Assembly: GCA_964581105.1 (NCBI GenBank)
Contig: CAZOMB010000003.1
Location: 4,421-68,420 of the forward strand
Length of the DNA: 64,000 bases
Direction of reading: 5' to 3'
Source: Candidatus Micrarchaeota archaeon
GTDB lineage: Archaea > Micrarchaeota > Micrarchaeia > Anstonellales > Anstonellaceae
Positions within the stretch are counted from its first letter, which is position 1. Every line of letters begins with the position of its first letter. The notes beneath the pieces were generated by a model. The model saw nothing but the letters and a program-made list of their open reading frames with translations, made no database searches and was not told the DNA's origin. Of this stretch, positions 18,475-27,550 are shown piece after piece. The position numbers and the translations under genes were made by a program.

Positions 18475-18537
18475 GTTTTCCTATTTGCTGCTAAGTGTTA
18501 AAAGATTGATTGAATAAACCTGCAATTAGGTGGTATT

Positions 18538-19785
18538 TTGGCTAAGCTTGTTTTACTTTCATTTCTTGCATTTTCTTTGGTTCTATTTGGGTGCGCAGGA
18601 TTTCCTTTTGGAGAAGAACAAGCTGAGCAGCAGCAAGAGCAGGAGGAACAAGAGGAACAAATGCCAGAACAAGTTGAAGAGGAGCAAGAAATGCCAGAGC
18701 AAGAAGAACAGCCCCCACCAGTGCCACAAGTTCCTGAAGAAGAGCAAGCAGAGGAGCAAGAGCAGGCAGAGCCAAAAGAGCTTATCAATATTTATGGGCT
18801 GCTAAAAGTCGGCCAGGGAATTGATTTTCAGGAAGGCAAGGTATTTCTTGATGACATATGGAACTATGATGAGCTTCAGCCGGCAATAATCAGCTTAAAG
18901 GACCCAAATGAGGGGCTTGTACGCCAAGTGCAGCTTTTTGAGTTCAATGAGGCAAAATATGAGTCTGCTTCTGGAAGGGATTTTTGGATTTATGTTGGCC
19001 AGACTGCAGCTGGCTATGACATTGATGTAAAATGGGCAAAAATATATGCAATGGAATCAAAAGACTCAAGCTACAAATTTGAAAAAGAGCTTTACCAGGA
19101 CTTTATTGGCAACCATTCTGTTGGCTCTCTTCCCAGGGAACAGGTATTTGGCTCCCGGATTGCCAAAGGGCTTCTTGAAAAAGGCCAAATGCTTGCTGCA
19201 GGCCAGGAAATTTACATTGGTTTTGATGACCTGAGCAAATATCCTGAAGCAGAAAATCCGGCTCTTTTGAGCATATATGGCCCTACTATGCTTCACTTGG
19301 ACTCTGCAAAAGTCCCTGAAAGGCATTCTTATTCTTACTCTCTAAATGGCGAGTACTATGCCATATATGTGAGCGCAACAGGCACAGGCGAGCTTACTGA
19401 GAAAAGGTGGGCAGCAGTTGATGTATTTCATGCTGGCTCTGGTTATCTTGAGCCTGGAAGGCTTTATTTTGCTGAAAACAATACATGGGAAAAGCCTGCA
19501 GGAATGAAAGTTGCTGACATAACCATTATTGGCAATGCAAGCAAAAAAGACTCAACCAGGGAGTTTTACTTGAAGCTTGTTGATTATGGGGAGCTTAAAG
19601 GGGATGGAGAATTTGCAGTCATAGATGTATTGGATGAGGATGATTATCATACAGACAGGGGCATAGTGCAAAAGGACGTTCCTATGCTTGTTACAAACAA
19701 GTATGACAAAACCTATTCAGTATGGCTTGAGGAGATAACAACAGGCACGCCTACAGTAAAGCTTGAGCTGTACAGGTATAATTAG
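18538..19785 (+). CDS. Putative surface lipoprotein with an acidic Q/E/P linker and internally repeated domains
   Basis: Lipobox LFGC; GGTGG upstream of TTG; two similar units (GLLKVGQ...PAIISL...WAKIY / GLLEKGQ...PALLSI...WAAVD). Confidence 0.75.
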   Translation: MAKLVLLSFLAFSLVLFGCAGFPFGEEQAEQQQEQEEQEEQMPEQVEEEQEMPEQEEQPPPVPQVPEEEQAEEQEQAEPKELINIYGLLKVGQGIDFQEGKVFLDDIWNYDELQPAIISLKDPNEGLVRQVQLFEFNEAKYESASGRDFWIYVGQTAAGYDIDVKWAKIYAMESKDSSYKFEKELYQDFIGNHSVGSLPREQVFGSRIAKGLLEKGQMLAAGQEIYIGFDDLSKYPEAENPALLSIYGPTMLHLDSAKVPERHSYSYSLNGEYYAIYVSATGTGELTEKRWAAVDVFHAGSGYLEPGRLYFAENNTWEKPAGMKVADITIIGNASKKDSTREFYLKLVDYGELKGDGEFAVIDVLDEDDYHTDRGIVQKDVPMLVTNKYDKTYSVWLEEITTGTPTVKLELYRYN

Positions 19786-19800
19786 GTGGACTTGGGGGGA

Positions 19801-19950
19801 TTTTCAAAACCCTTTTCTCTTTTTCCGTGACACGCATTCCGCAAAGCGGAATGGTGCGTCTTTCTGCAAAGCAGAAAGCACGACTCTTTTGTCCGCAGAC
19901 AAAAGGGTTCTTTTTGGTGGAGCTTTTTGCGCCACAGCGGAAAAAGGTCC
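19801..19950 (-). other. tRNA-Ala BHB intron at 59/60 (150 nt)
   Basis: Central helix UUCA/UGAA; bulges AA|G and AA|U. Confidence 0.85.
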
Positions 19951-19972
19951 TTTGAACCCCCAGCCTCCTGCA

Positions 19973-20032
19973 GTATGGAACCCTCTTTAGTTTTTCCGTG
20001 AACGCTTTTGCGCCGAAGGCGGAAAAGGGTTC
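19973..20032 (-). other. tRNA-Ala BHB intron at 37/38 (60 nt)
   Basis: Strict BHB: AUGG/CCAU, bulges CA|G and AC|U, intron helix AACCCUUUU/AAGAGGGUU. Confidence 0.9.
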
Positions 20033-20077
20033 TGCCATGCAGGCGCGCTACCGTTGCGCCACAAGCCCAAATTTACC

Positions 20078-20302
20078 TTAAGATGGCGAGATATAGACAA
20101 CAGAGTCTCCGCGCACAAGCACAGTTCCAATGCCTCTTTTTACCTCTCCATTCACAAGCTCTTCTGCCTTTTCAAGCACAATGTTCATGTGAACGTCGTA
20201 GGAGACCATTACTCCCCTTAAGTCTCTTCCTCCTTTGAGGCCAACAATCACTGTGTTGTTCAGTGCAGAGTTCAATATGTCAAACGGTCTTTTCTCAGCC
20301 AT
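20078..20302 (-). CDS. Sm-like (Lsm/SmAP1) RNA-binding protein
   Basis: RPFDIL...[14 protein letters not shown]...[21 protein letters not shown] upstream of ATG 20302. Confidence 0.95.
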   Translation of the reverse strand: MAEKRPFDILNSALNNTVIVGLKGGRDLRGVMVSYDVHMNIVLEKAEELVNGEVKRGIGTVLVRGDSVVYISPS

Positions 20303-20417
20303 GCCCTCACCTCCTAAAAAATACAAGGGTGCAGTTTTACAGGGGACAAATGTTTTAAAGCACTCGCCCTCAAGGCATTTTATAAACATGTTCTGCCTTT
20401 TTTTGCAGGGTGTGGGC

Positions 20418-22031
20418 TTGGAAAGATTTACAGAAAAGGAAAAGCAAATACTTTTGCAGTTTTGCACTAATGTGGATAATGACTGCTTTGCCCTGATAAA
20501 CCTGCCAGAAGTGGTCAAAGGGGCTCTTTTTTCCCGCTACTCAAGGACACACAAGTCATTGAGAAGGGTTCTTTTGGATGAGTTTATCCTTAACCCTGAG
20601 TCTGGGTTTAATGAAATAGTCGGGCAAGGGACAAAAAAAGGGGAAGGCCAGGCAATTGCAACCAAAAAGGCAGAAGACTTTTACAACAGGGTGCTTGTAG
20701 GCTTTGGGGATGACTCTGTTGCAGAATTAGGGGGAGCTCACATTGCATGCGAAAATATCTCAAACATAGCAACAAAGCTCATGCAAGACTCCAGGATTGG
20801 GGTGTCACCTCTTGAGAAATCAACCCGATATGTTTATTTTGACAAAAAAGAGGGTAACAAGTACAAGTATTGCAGGGAAAAGAAAATAATGGAGTCAAAC
20901 TTTGCAGATGAATATGTACATTGCTGTGACCTTTTGTTTGATACTTACTCTGGCCTCATTGAGAAAATGGCAAAAATTGAAAAGGAAAAGTTTCCGCAAC
21001 AACAAGGAGTATCAGACAGGGCATATTCCTCAACAATAAGGGCAAAAGTCTGCGACATTTTAAGGGGCATTTTGCCAGCATCAACCCTTACAAACTCTGG
21101 CTTTTTTGGCAATGGAAGGGCATTTGAGTACATGCTTGTGAAAATGTATTCAAGCCCTCTTTCTGAAGCCAATTCTGTTGCAAAATCAATGCACAATGAG
21201 CTTTCCAGGGTAATTCCCTCATTCGTAAAAAGGGCAGATGACATGTATGGAAAGCAGACACAGGAGTATTTGAAAGAGGTAGCTGGGAAAACAGCAAAAC
21301 TCTCATCAGCTTATGCAAAGCCTGTTCAAATTTCAGAAGCAAATGTCCAGCTTGTCAGCTATGACAAACATGCACAGGACAAGATTGTTTCTGCAATACT
21401 TTTTTCTTGCATGCACTCAGACATGAATGAAATAAAAGCAATTGTTGAAAAAATGCCTCACAAGGAAAAAGAGAAAGTAATATCTGCATATATTGGAGAC
21501 AGGAAAAACAGGAGGCACAAGCCAGGCAGGGCATTTGAGGCAGCAAATTATACTTTTTGCATAACTGGCAACTTTGGCATGTACCGCGACTTGCACAGGC
21601 ACAGGATTCTCACTCAGCAAAGGCAGCTTTTGACAACAAAGCACGGGTTTGACATGCCAAAAGAGCTGATTGCCTCAGGCTTTGATGCGCAGGTAAAACA
21701 AGCAATAGGCGCAGCTGATGAACTTTACACAAAAATGAGCGAAAAAATGCCCCAAGAGGCGCAATATATTGTCCCTCTTGGCTTTCGCATGCGCTGGTAT
21801 GCTGGCATGAACCTGAGAGAAGCATACCATTTGTGCGAGCTTCGGTCAATGAGGCAGGGTCACACTGATTACAGGAAAGTTGCACAAGACATGCACAAGC
21901 TGATAAAAAAAGTGCATCCGTTTCTTGCTTCTGGAATGAAATTTGTTGATTACTCTGACTATGGGCTTGAAAGGCTTGAGGCAGAAAAAGAAACAGACAA
22001 AAGGCTGCAGGAGCTAAAGAAAAAAAGCTAA
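20418..22031 (+). CDS. thyX: FAD-dependent thymidylate synthase, tandem two-domain ThyX (start uncertain: TTG 20418 or ATG 20388)
   Basis: [40 protein letters not shown]. Confidence 0.88.
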   Translation: MERFTEKEKQILLQFCTNVDNDCFALINLPEVVKGALFSRYSRTHKSLRRVLLDEFILNPESGFNEIVGQGTKKGEGQAIATKKAEDFYNRVLVGFGDDSVAELGGAHIACENISNIATKLMQDSRIGVSPLEKSTRYVYFDKKEGNKYKYCREKKIMESNFADEYVHCCDLLFDTYSGLIEKMAKIEKEKFPQQQGVSDRAYSSTIRAKVCDILRGILPASTLTNSGFFGNGRAFEYMLVKMYSSPLSEANSVAKSMHNELSRVIPSFVKRADDMYGKQTQEYLKEVAGKTAKLSSAYAKPVQISEANVQLVSYDKHAQDKIVSAILFSCMHSDMNEIKAIVEKMPHKEKEKVISAYIGDRKNRRHKPGRAFEAANYTFCITGNFGMYRDLHRHRILTQQRQLLTTKHGFDMPKELIASGFDAQVKQAIGAADELYTKMSEKMPQEAQYIVPLGFRMRWYAGMNLREAYHLCELRSMRQGHTDYRKVAQDMHKLIKKVHPFLASGMKFVDYSDYGLERLEAEKETDKRLQELKKKS

Positions 22032-22735
22032 AGTGCCCCTCCTAATCCCAAAGCACTGCCAGCTATTTTTCCTATCAAATAGCCTGCTATTGCTGCAAGC
22101 ATTCCTACGCCTGCCATCTCAAGCCCGCTTTTCTTCCAGTCGCCGACAGTTACTTTTGCCTTGTATGCTCCAACTGCAAACAGGGTAATGGTGGAAATCA
22201 CAAGAGATGCTGCAATTGCCTCTACTACTCCAAAAAAGGCAAACGGGGCAAGCGGTATTAATGAACCAACTATTGCAGACACGCCAACTATTGCAGCAGC
22301 CTTTATTGGCTGGTTTTCTGGCACAGGCGCAAGCCCTAGTTCCTCTGTCATCATTACAGAGAGCCAGACCTCCTTGCTTGCAGTGACATTTCTCACAATC
22401 TTGTCAAGTTCTTTTCCAGAAAACCCCCTTCTCAGGTAAATAAGCCTTATCTCTTCCCTTTCTATTTCCGGCACATTTTCTATTTCCCATTTTTCCTGCT
22501 CAAGCTCCCTCTTGTAATGGTCCTGTGCTGCACGTGAAGAGCTGTATGCCACTGCAGCCATGGAAATTGACTCTGCAAAAGTGGCTACAATGCCAGCAAC
22601 AATGACCATGAGAACATTGTTTGTTGCAACTGCCACTCCAAGCACAATGCCAAGAACATTCACAAGCCCGTCCTGGCCTCCCAAAATTATTTCAGAAAGA
22701 AGAGAGCCCCTGGCATTCTTCCTCTCAGTTTCCAT
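22028..22735 (-). CDS. VIT1/CCC1 iron/manganese transporter
   Basis: GGQDGLV, ESISMA, MMTEELG. Confidence 0.9.
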   Translation of the reverse strand: METERKNARGSLLSEIILGGQDGLVNVLGIVLGVAVATNNVLMVIVAGIVATFAESISMAAVAYSSSRAAQDHYKRELEQEKWEIENVPEIEREEIRLIYLRRGFSGKELDKIVRNVTASKEVWLSVMMTEELGLAPVPENQPIKAAAIVGVSAIVGSLIPLAPFAFFGVVEAIAASLVISTITLFAVGAYKAKVTVGDWKKSGLEMAGVGMLAAIAGYLIGKIAGSALGLGGAL

Positions 22736-22803
22736 ATGCTTTTGTACCTTGAGAATGAATCGTGCCTGCTGTCTTTTGCTCCTCTTTTTTACCAGTGCAA
22801 CAC

Positions 22804-23991
22804 CTATTTTTTCTCAACTTTGAGCTTTTTGCCCACTTTTTCAAATATTGCCAAAGCATCATCCAAGTCCTTTTTCTCATGCGCAGCAGTTACCATTGTC
22901 CTTATCCTTGCCTTTCCTTGTGCAACCATGGGGTATACTATTGGCAAGGCAAATACTCCTTCTGCAAACAATTCTTTTGCAAATTCCTGTGCTAATTTGC
23001 TTTCGCCAAGCATCACAGGCGTAATGGGGGTTTCAGATTCCCCAGTGTCAAAGCCAAGCGCCTTTAGCTGTGACTTGAAGTACTTGGTATTTTCCCAAAG
23101 CTTTTTCACCAAAGAGCCGTCTGACTCAAGAAGCTGTATTGCAGCAGTGCATGCAGCAACAGTTGCAGGCGGAGCAGAGCCTGAGAGCAGGTAAGTCCTT
23201 CCCTTGTTCAGCAAAAAGTCATACAAGGCTTGCGAGCCTGCTACATAGCCTCCAACAACCCCAAACCCTTTGGAAAAAGTCCCCATTTCCATTTCTATTT
23301 TGCCTTCAAGCTTGAAGTGGCTCACAATGCCCCTTCCATTTTCTCCAAGCACTCCGTCTCCATGAGCATCATCAACATATACATATGCCCCATTTTCATG
23401 GGCAATTTTCTCTATCTTGTCTAATGGGGCAATATCCCCGTCCATTGAAAATACCCCATCAGTAATCACATACGTTTTGCTGTAATTTTTTTCTTTTGCC
23501 TCTTTTAGCACACGCTCCAAGTCATTCATGTCCTTGTGCTTGTAAATTGCCCTTTCAGCTTTTGAAAGCCGAACGCCGTCAATAATGCTGCCATGGTTAA
23601 GCTCATCAGATATCAGCAAATCCCCTTTTCCTGCCAATTGGGGGATTGCTCCTGCATTTGCTGCAAAGCCTGTCTGAAAGTACAAGGCAGCCTGAGTATG
23701 CTTAAAGCGGGCAATTGCCTTTTCCAGCTTAATATGCAAGTCCTGAGTGCCTGCAATTACCCTTACAGAGCCAGAGCCTGCCCCATAAGTTTTCACTGCC
23801 TCAAGGGCAGCCTCTTTTAGCTTTGCATTGTCTGACAACCCCAAATAATTGTTTGAGCAGAGCATTATGACCTCTTTTCCATCGACTTTTGCCCTTGGGA
23901 TTGACGGGCCCTGCAAAATCCTTACTTTCCAGTCCAAATTCTTTTCCTTCAAAACATTCATTTCTGTTGTAAGGTACTTGTCAAGCTCCAT
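22804..23991 (-). CDS. Alpha-oxoamine synthase family enzyme (glycine C-acetyltransferase Kbl / BioF-like)
   Basis: SNNYLGL, LNHGSIIDG, DGVFSMDGD, DDAHG, GTFSKG. Confidence 0.9.
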   Translation of the reverse strand: MELDKYLTTEMNVLKEKNLDWKVRILQGPSIPRAKVDGKEVIMLCSNNYLGLSDNAKLKEAALEAVKTYGAGSGSVRVIAGTQDLHIKLEKAIARFKHTQAALYFQTGFAANAGAIPQLAGKGDLLISDELNHGSIIDGVRLSKAERAIYKHKDMNDLERVLKEAKEKNYSKTYVITDGVFSMDGDIAPLDKIEKIAHENGAYVYVDDAHGDGVLGENGRGIVSHFKLEGKIEMEMGTFSKGFGVVGGYVAGSQALYDFLLNKGRTYLLSGSAPPATVAACTAAIQLLESDGSLVKKLWENTKYFKSQLKALGFDTGESETPITPVMLGESKLAQEFAKELFAEGVFALPIVYPMVAQGKARIRTMVTAAHEKKDLDDALAIFEKVGKKLKVEKK

Positions 23992-24097
23992 TTTATCCCC
24001 CCTTAAGAAAAGTTTTCAGAGCATTCTTAAAACACTTGCTAACACCGGCACCAAGGTCTGTAAACATATATAAACAGTCTTATCTGTAAATTTGCCC

Positions 24098-24874
24098 ATG
24101 CTGCATTTCATAAGGTTTTACTCAGGCGAAGGAAAGCCAACCATCCTCTTCAGGGAAAATGGGGAAGTTGAGGCACTTGAGCTTAGGAAAAAAGAGAAGA
24201 TTGACTTTTCAGGAAGCTTGGCATGCATAGGCTTTAGGACCCCAAAAGGCTACAAAGAGTGCAAAAACCATGCAATAAACGTAAAGCAATGCCCTTTGTG
24301 CTCATACTTGGACATGGCAAAAGCATATACTGTTGGCGACTTTACAGGTTTTCCATCGCTTTATGAGAAGGCAAAAAAGGAAAAATACATTCTTTACCTG
24401 GCAGGGTTTGGCGAGAAGCTCATAAAATGCGGAGTCACAAGAAAGGAGCGCTTTTCAGAGAGGATGAGGGAGCAAGGCTCAGACTTTGGCTGCATAGTGG
24501 CAGAGTTTTCAGGGCCAGACAAGGTTTATGGGGCAGAAGCCTCGTTGCAGTCCCGCTTTTCTTTTGCAAATGCTGTTAGAATGGCGCAAAAGATGAGGAT
24601 GCTCTCCTTTGACAAGCAGGAAGCGAAAATGAATTTTGAAAGCATAGTTGAAATGGTCAAAACCTCTGAAGTATTGCCTTCATTTTCACCAAAAGTGATT
24701 GACTTTTCCGAGTTTTACCCGAAAATAAACTCCCCGAAATATTCTGACTCAGTAATTGGCAAAATATTGGGCGCAAAAGGGGAAATACTGCTCTTTTCAT
24801 CAGGCTCTGGAGAGCAATATGCAGTTAACATGCGCCAGAAGATAGGCACCTTTTTCAAGAGGGAAACAGAATAA
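24098..24874 (+). CDS. DUF2797-like zinc-binding protein
   Basis: C..G...C...QCPLC, LYLAGF, KCGVT, R.REQG. Confidence 0.7.
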   Translation: MLHFIRFYSGEGKPTILFRENGEVEALELRKKEKIDFSGSLACIGFRTPKGYKECKNHAINVKQCPLCSYLDMAKAYTVGDFTGFPSLYEKAKKEKYILYLAGFGEKLIKCGVTRKERFSERMREQGSDFGCIVAEFSGPDKVYGAEASLQSRFSFANAVRMAQKMRMLSFDKQEAKMNFESIVEMVKTSEVLPSFSPKVIDFSEFYPKINSPKYSDSVIGKILGAKGEILLFSSGSGEQYAVNMRQKIGTFFKRETE

Positions 24875-24928
24875 GTTTGGAGGCTTCACTAAACCCATAT
24901 AAAGGTTGATTTTCACTAAGACTTCTCT

Positions 24929-25053
24929 GGGCCTGTAGTCGAATGACCCTTTTTGGAATGCCTAAAAGCGTCAACGGAAAAAAAGGGTTCGGCAATGGTT
25001 AAGACGTCTGCTTGACATGCAGAAGATTTGGAGTTCGATTCTCCACGGGCCCA
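24929..25053 (+). tRNA. tRNA-Val(GAC) with a D-loop intron
   Basis: Acceptor GGGCCUG/CGGGCCC; anticodon GAC at 25014-25016; exons 24929-24943 and 24996-25053. Confidence 0.92.
24944..24995 (+). other. tRNA-Val BHB intron at 15/16 (52 nt)
   Basis: Central helix GUCG/CGGC; bulges AA|U and AA|U; intron helix GACCCUUUUU/AAAAAGGGUU. Confidence 0.88.
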
Positions 25054-25054
25054 C

Positions 25055-25663
25055 TCACTTTTTCAGGTTCACAATCTTACGGGGGTCGTCTCCCATCACA
25101 AGCTCCATGTTCTTTTCCTTTATCGCGTCCTTGCATACCTTCATTGCAAATGGAAAGTCCCTGAAAAATTGTACAATTGCATAGTAAAATGCAGAGTTTT
25201 TCTTGAGAGGCTTTCCATCTTTTGCATTGAAAAGTCTTTCATCTATTCCTTCCTCGCTGCAGCAGAGATGCCTCATCTCCTGAAGCGAGTTTTTATAGCC
25301 AGGAAAGTCCTTGTTCAGTTCTCCATTTTCCTGAGCCTGCTTTACGACTCTTTTTATCTCTTTTACGAAAGCCTCAAGGTTGTTCCTCACTATTGTCTCA
25401 GATGATTGGTTTGGGCCCGTGTAATTTCTTACATAGGTTTTTCCGCCAACATCAACAATTGTTGGGGCCCTCTTCTTTTTTGTTGCCTTTACTCGGAACT
25501 CCTTGTCAACACTTATCTTGAATGGTCTCTTTTTTCTTGTGCTTAATGACTCGTCCTTGTTCAGAGTGTCAGTGAGCTCCTTTTCTTTTGGTATGAGCTT
25601 TCCATTCAATCCACTATTGTCAGAAATCTTTCTTTTTTGCAGAGAGTTTCCCATAAAAACCAC
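25055..25663 (-). CDS. Hypothetical Lys-rich protein
   Basis: 202-aa ORF convergent on tRNA-Val. Confidence 0.6.
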   Translation of the reverse strand: MVFMGNSLQKRKISDNSGLNGKLIPKEKELTDTLNKDESLSTRKKRPFKISVDKEFRVKATKKKRAPTIVDVGGKTYVRNYTGPNQSSETIVRNNLEAFVKEIKRVVKQAQENGELNKDFPGYKNSLQEMRHLCCSEEGIDERLFNAKDGKPLKKNSAFYYAIVQFFRDFPFAMKVCKDAIKEKNMELVMGDDPRKIVNLKK

Positions 25664-25700
25664 TGAAAAATAAAAAAAGCAGGCAAAAAAGCCCGCTCAA

Positions 25701-26951
25701 TTACTCTTTTGTGTGTATGAGCACGCTTGCAGGCTTTCTAAATACATTGCCAAGCTTTATGCCAACAAGAACCCCTATTTTCTTTTTGTCAGAAAGGTCT
25801 GCCAGCCTTTGGGTAACAATGCCATCAAATACAATTGCATGCACCCCTTGCTCGTCATCAAGGCTCTTTATCATGTCCCTGACAGGCATTTCCTTTGTGG
25901 CCTCAAGCTTTTCATTGTAAAAGCGCGCCCTAAGCGTATTTTCAAGCTCATCAAGGCTGGCAAGAAGCTCTTTTGGAGCTTGCTTTGGCTTTGCCGGAGC
26001 AGCTGGCACAGGCTCTTTTTCCACAGCCTTTTTCACAGGCACAGGCTTTGGCTCTTCTCTTCTTCTTTCACGCCTGTCCCTTCTTTCATACCTCCTGCCC
26101 CTGTAATCTCTTCTTTTCTCCTCGCCATTTTGCTTTGACTGCTCAAAAGGCACTTTTGCCCTCATGCACTTTATGAGCTCTTTTCTTGAAAGCTCCTCAA
26201 CTTCCCTGCCATTCGGAGCGCGGGCAACAAAGTCAATGTCAGCAACCCTTGCAAGCTCATTGAGGATTATGTCTCCTCCCCTGTCGCCGTCAAGGAATAC
26301 TGTTATCTCCTTTTCCCTGGCAAGCTTTGCAATTGTATTGCCAACTTTTGCTCCGCCTACTGCAACCACATTTGTCACATCATTCTTGAGCAGGTTCAAA
26401 ACATCTGCCCTTCCCTCAACTATGACAATTGAGTCTACTTTTGCTATTCCTGGGCCGCATGGAAGCTTTTCAGTCCCATAGTGGTCAATTTCAGCAATTT
26501 TCACTTCCTGCCTTACCATTTCAGAGATTTCCTTGCTCTCAGGTATTTCATTGGTAAGCAGGCTTTTGAGCAGGTTCTTTGCCCTGTCAACAAGCGACTT
26601 TCTCTTTACATTCCTGGTATCCTCTATCTTTTCAATCGCTATTTTTGCCTCGCATGGGCCAACCCTGTCAACAGTCTCAAGCGCTGCTGCCAAAATGCAG
26701 GTTTCTACCATATCCAAAGAAGAAGGCAGCTTTATCTTTCCAGAGCTCCTGCCTCCTCTTGGCTGCAAATCAACCTCTATCCTTCCAATCCTGCCGTTTT
26801 TCTGCAGGTCGCGAAGGTCAAGCTCATCCCCAAGCAGGCCTTCTGTCTGCCCAAATACTGCGCCTACAACATCTGGCTTTTCAACAAGCCCCTCAATGTC
26901 AACATTTGCGTACACAAGGTATTTCACTGTGTCAATGTATGTCTTTCCCAT
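25701..26951 (-). CDS. dnaG: Archaeal DnaG (Toprim) primase / exosome-associated protein
   Basis: VEKPDVVGAVFGQTEGLLG, VEGRADV, DGDRGG, FDGIVTQRL. Confidence 0.95.
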   Translation of the reverse strand: MGKTYIDTVKYLVYANVDIEGLVEKPDVVGAVFGQTEGLLGDELDLRDLQKNGRIGRIEVDLQPRGGRSSGKIKLPSSLDMVETCILAAALETVDRVGPCEAKIAIEKIEDTRNVKRKSLVDRAKNLLKSLLTNEIPESKEISEMVRQEVKIAEIDHYGTEKLPCGPGIAKVDSIVIVEGRADVLNLLKNDVTNVVAVGGAKVGNTIAKLAREKEITVFLDGDRGGDIILNELARVADIDFVARAPNGREVEELSRKELIKCMRAKVPFEQSKQNGEEKRRDYRGRRYERRDRRERRREEPKPVPVKKAVEKEPVPAAPAKPKQAPKELLASLDELENTLRARFYNEKLEATKEMPVRDMIKSLDDEQGVHAIVFDGIVTQRLADLSDKKKIGVLVGIKLGNVFRKPASVLIHTKE

Positions 26952-26956
26952 TTTCT

Positions 26957-27232
26957 TCACCTTTTGTTATCTTTTTCAACTTCCTGCAGCAAATGCTCAA
27001 TAGTGCATTCAGCTGCAAGTGTTTTTCTTCTGCTTTTATGCCCTGCAAGTATACTTACCTTGCAGCGCAGCATTTTTCCTAGTTCAGAAAGAAGAGCACG
27101 GTTGGCCTTTCCCTGCGTTGGCATCGCATTGATGCCCAGCTTTAGCACAAGCGGGTTAGTGCTGATAAGGGAGGCTGAAAACCTACCCTTGCCTGCACAT
27201 GCCCGGACAGTGAATACCGTCGTCAAGGCCAT
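26957..27232 (-). CDS. DUF167 (YggU-like) protein
   Basis: PTQGKANRALL...ILAGHKSRRK. Confidence 0.85.
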   Translation of the reverse strand: MALTTVFTVRACAGKGRFSASLISTNPLVLKLGINAMPTQGKANRALLSELGKMLRCKVSILAGHKSRRKTLAAECTIEHLLQEVEKDNKR

Positions 27233-27550
27233 TGCCTCTGAAAAGATTCGCAAGCTCGTGCCAGAAATTCCCTGGCATGTTCAGCAGCTTTTGGCTGCCC
27301 CGCAAGCCTCAATGGCAAGCGGAAATGAGCGTGAAATCTTGGTGATGCTTTCGTGATTCTTTCCTGGCTTTTTTCACATGTTTTCCTTCTTTATCATAAT
27401 GTGCGGTGCGCTGTTGACAGTACAATCACAGTGTTTACTCATGCTGCCATCCACGCACAGCAGCCAGATATGAATTTTGGGGTATATAAACCTGCCTGTT
27501 TTTGGTCGTGGTGCAGTATCCATAAGTTCCTCTCGATAAATAAAATAGGC

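Larger units (their letters stand above)
19787..20068 (-). tRNA. tRNA-Ala(GGC) with two introns
   Basis: Acceptor GGGCUUG/CAAGUCC with the G3:U70 Ala identity pair; anticodon GGC at 20034-20036; exons 20068-20033, 19972-19951, 19800-19787. Confidence 0.92.

Noticed and set aside
19751..20238. ORFs 19751-20038, 19763-19990 and 20008-20238
   Set aside because: Shadows of tRNA-Ala and the Sm gene
26481..27356. 291-aa plus-strand ORF and other long antisense ORFs (e.g. 56187-56960)
   Set aside because: Antisense shadows of dnaG/DUF167 and cdc48
27240..27530. ncRNA or 49-aa ORF (27374-27523, minus) upstream of DUF167
   Set aside because: Short hairpins and a motif-less ORF; insufficient support for either
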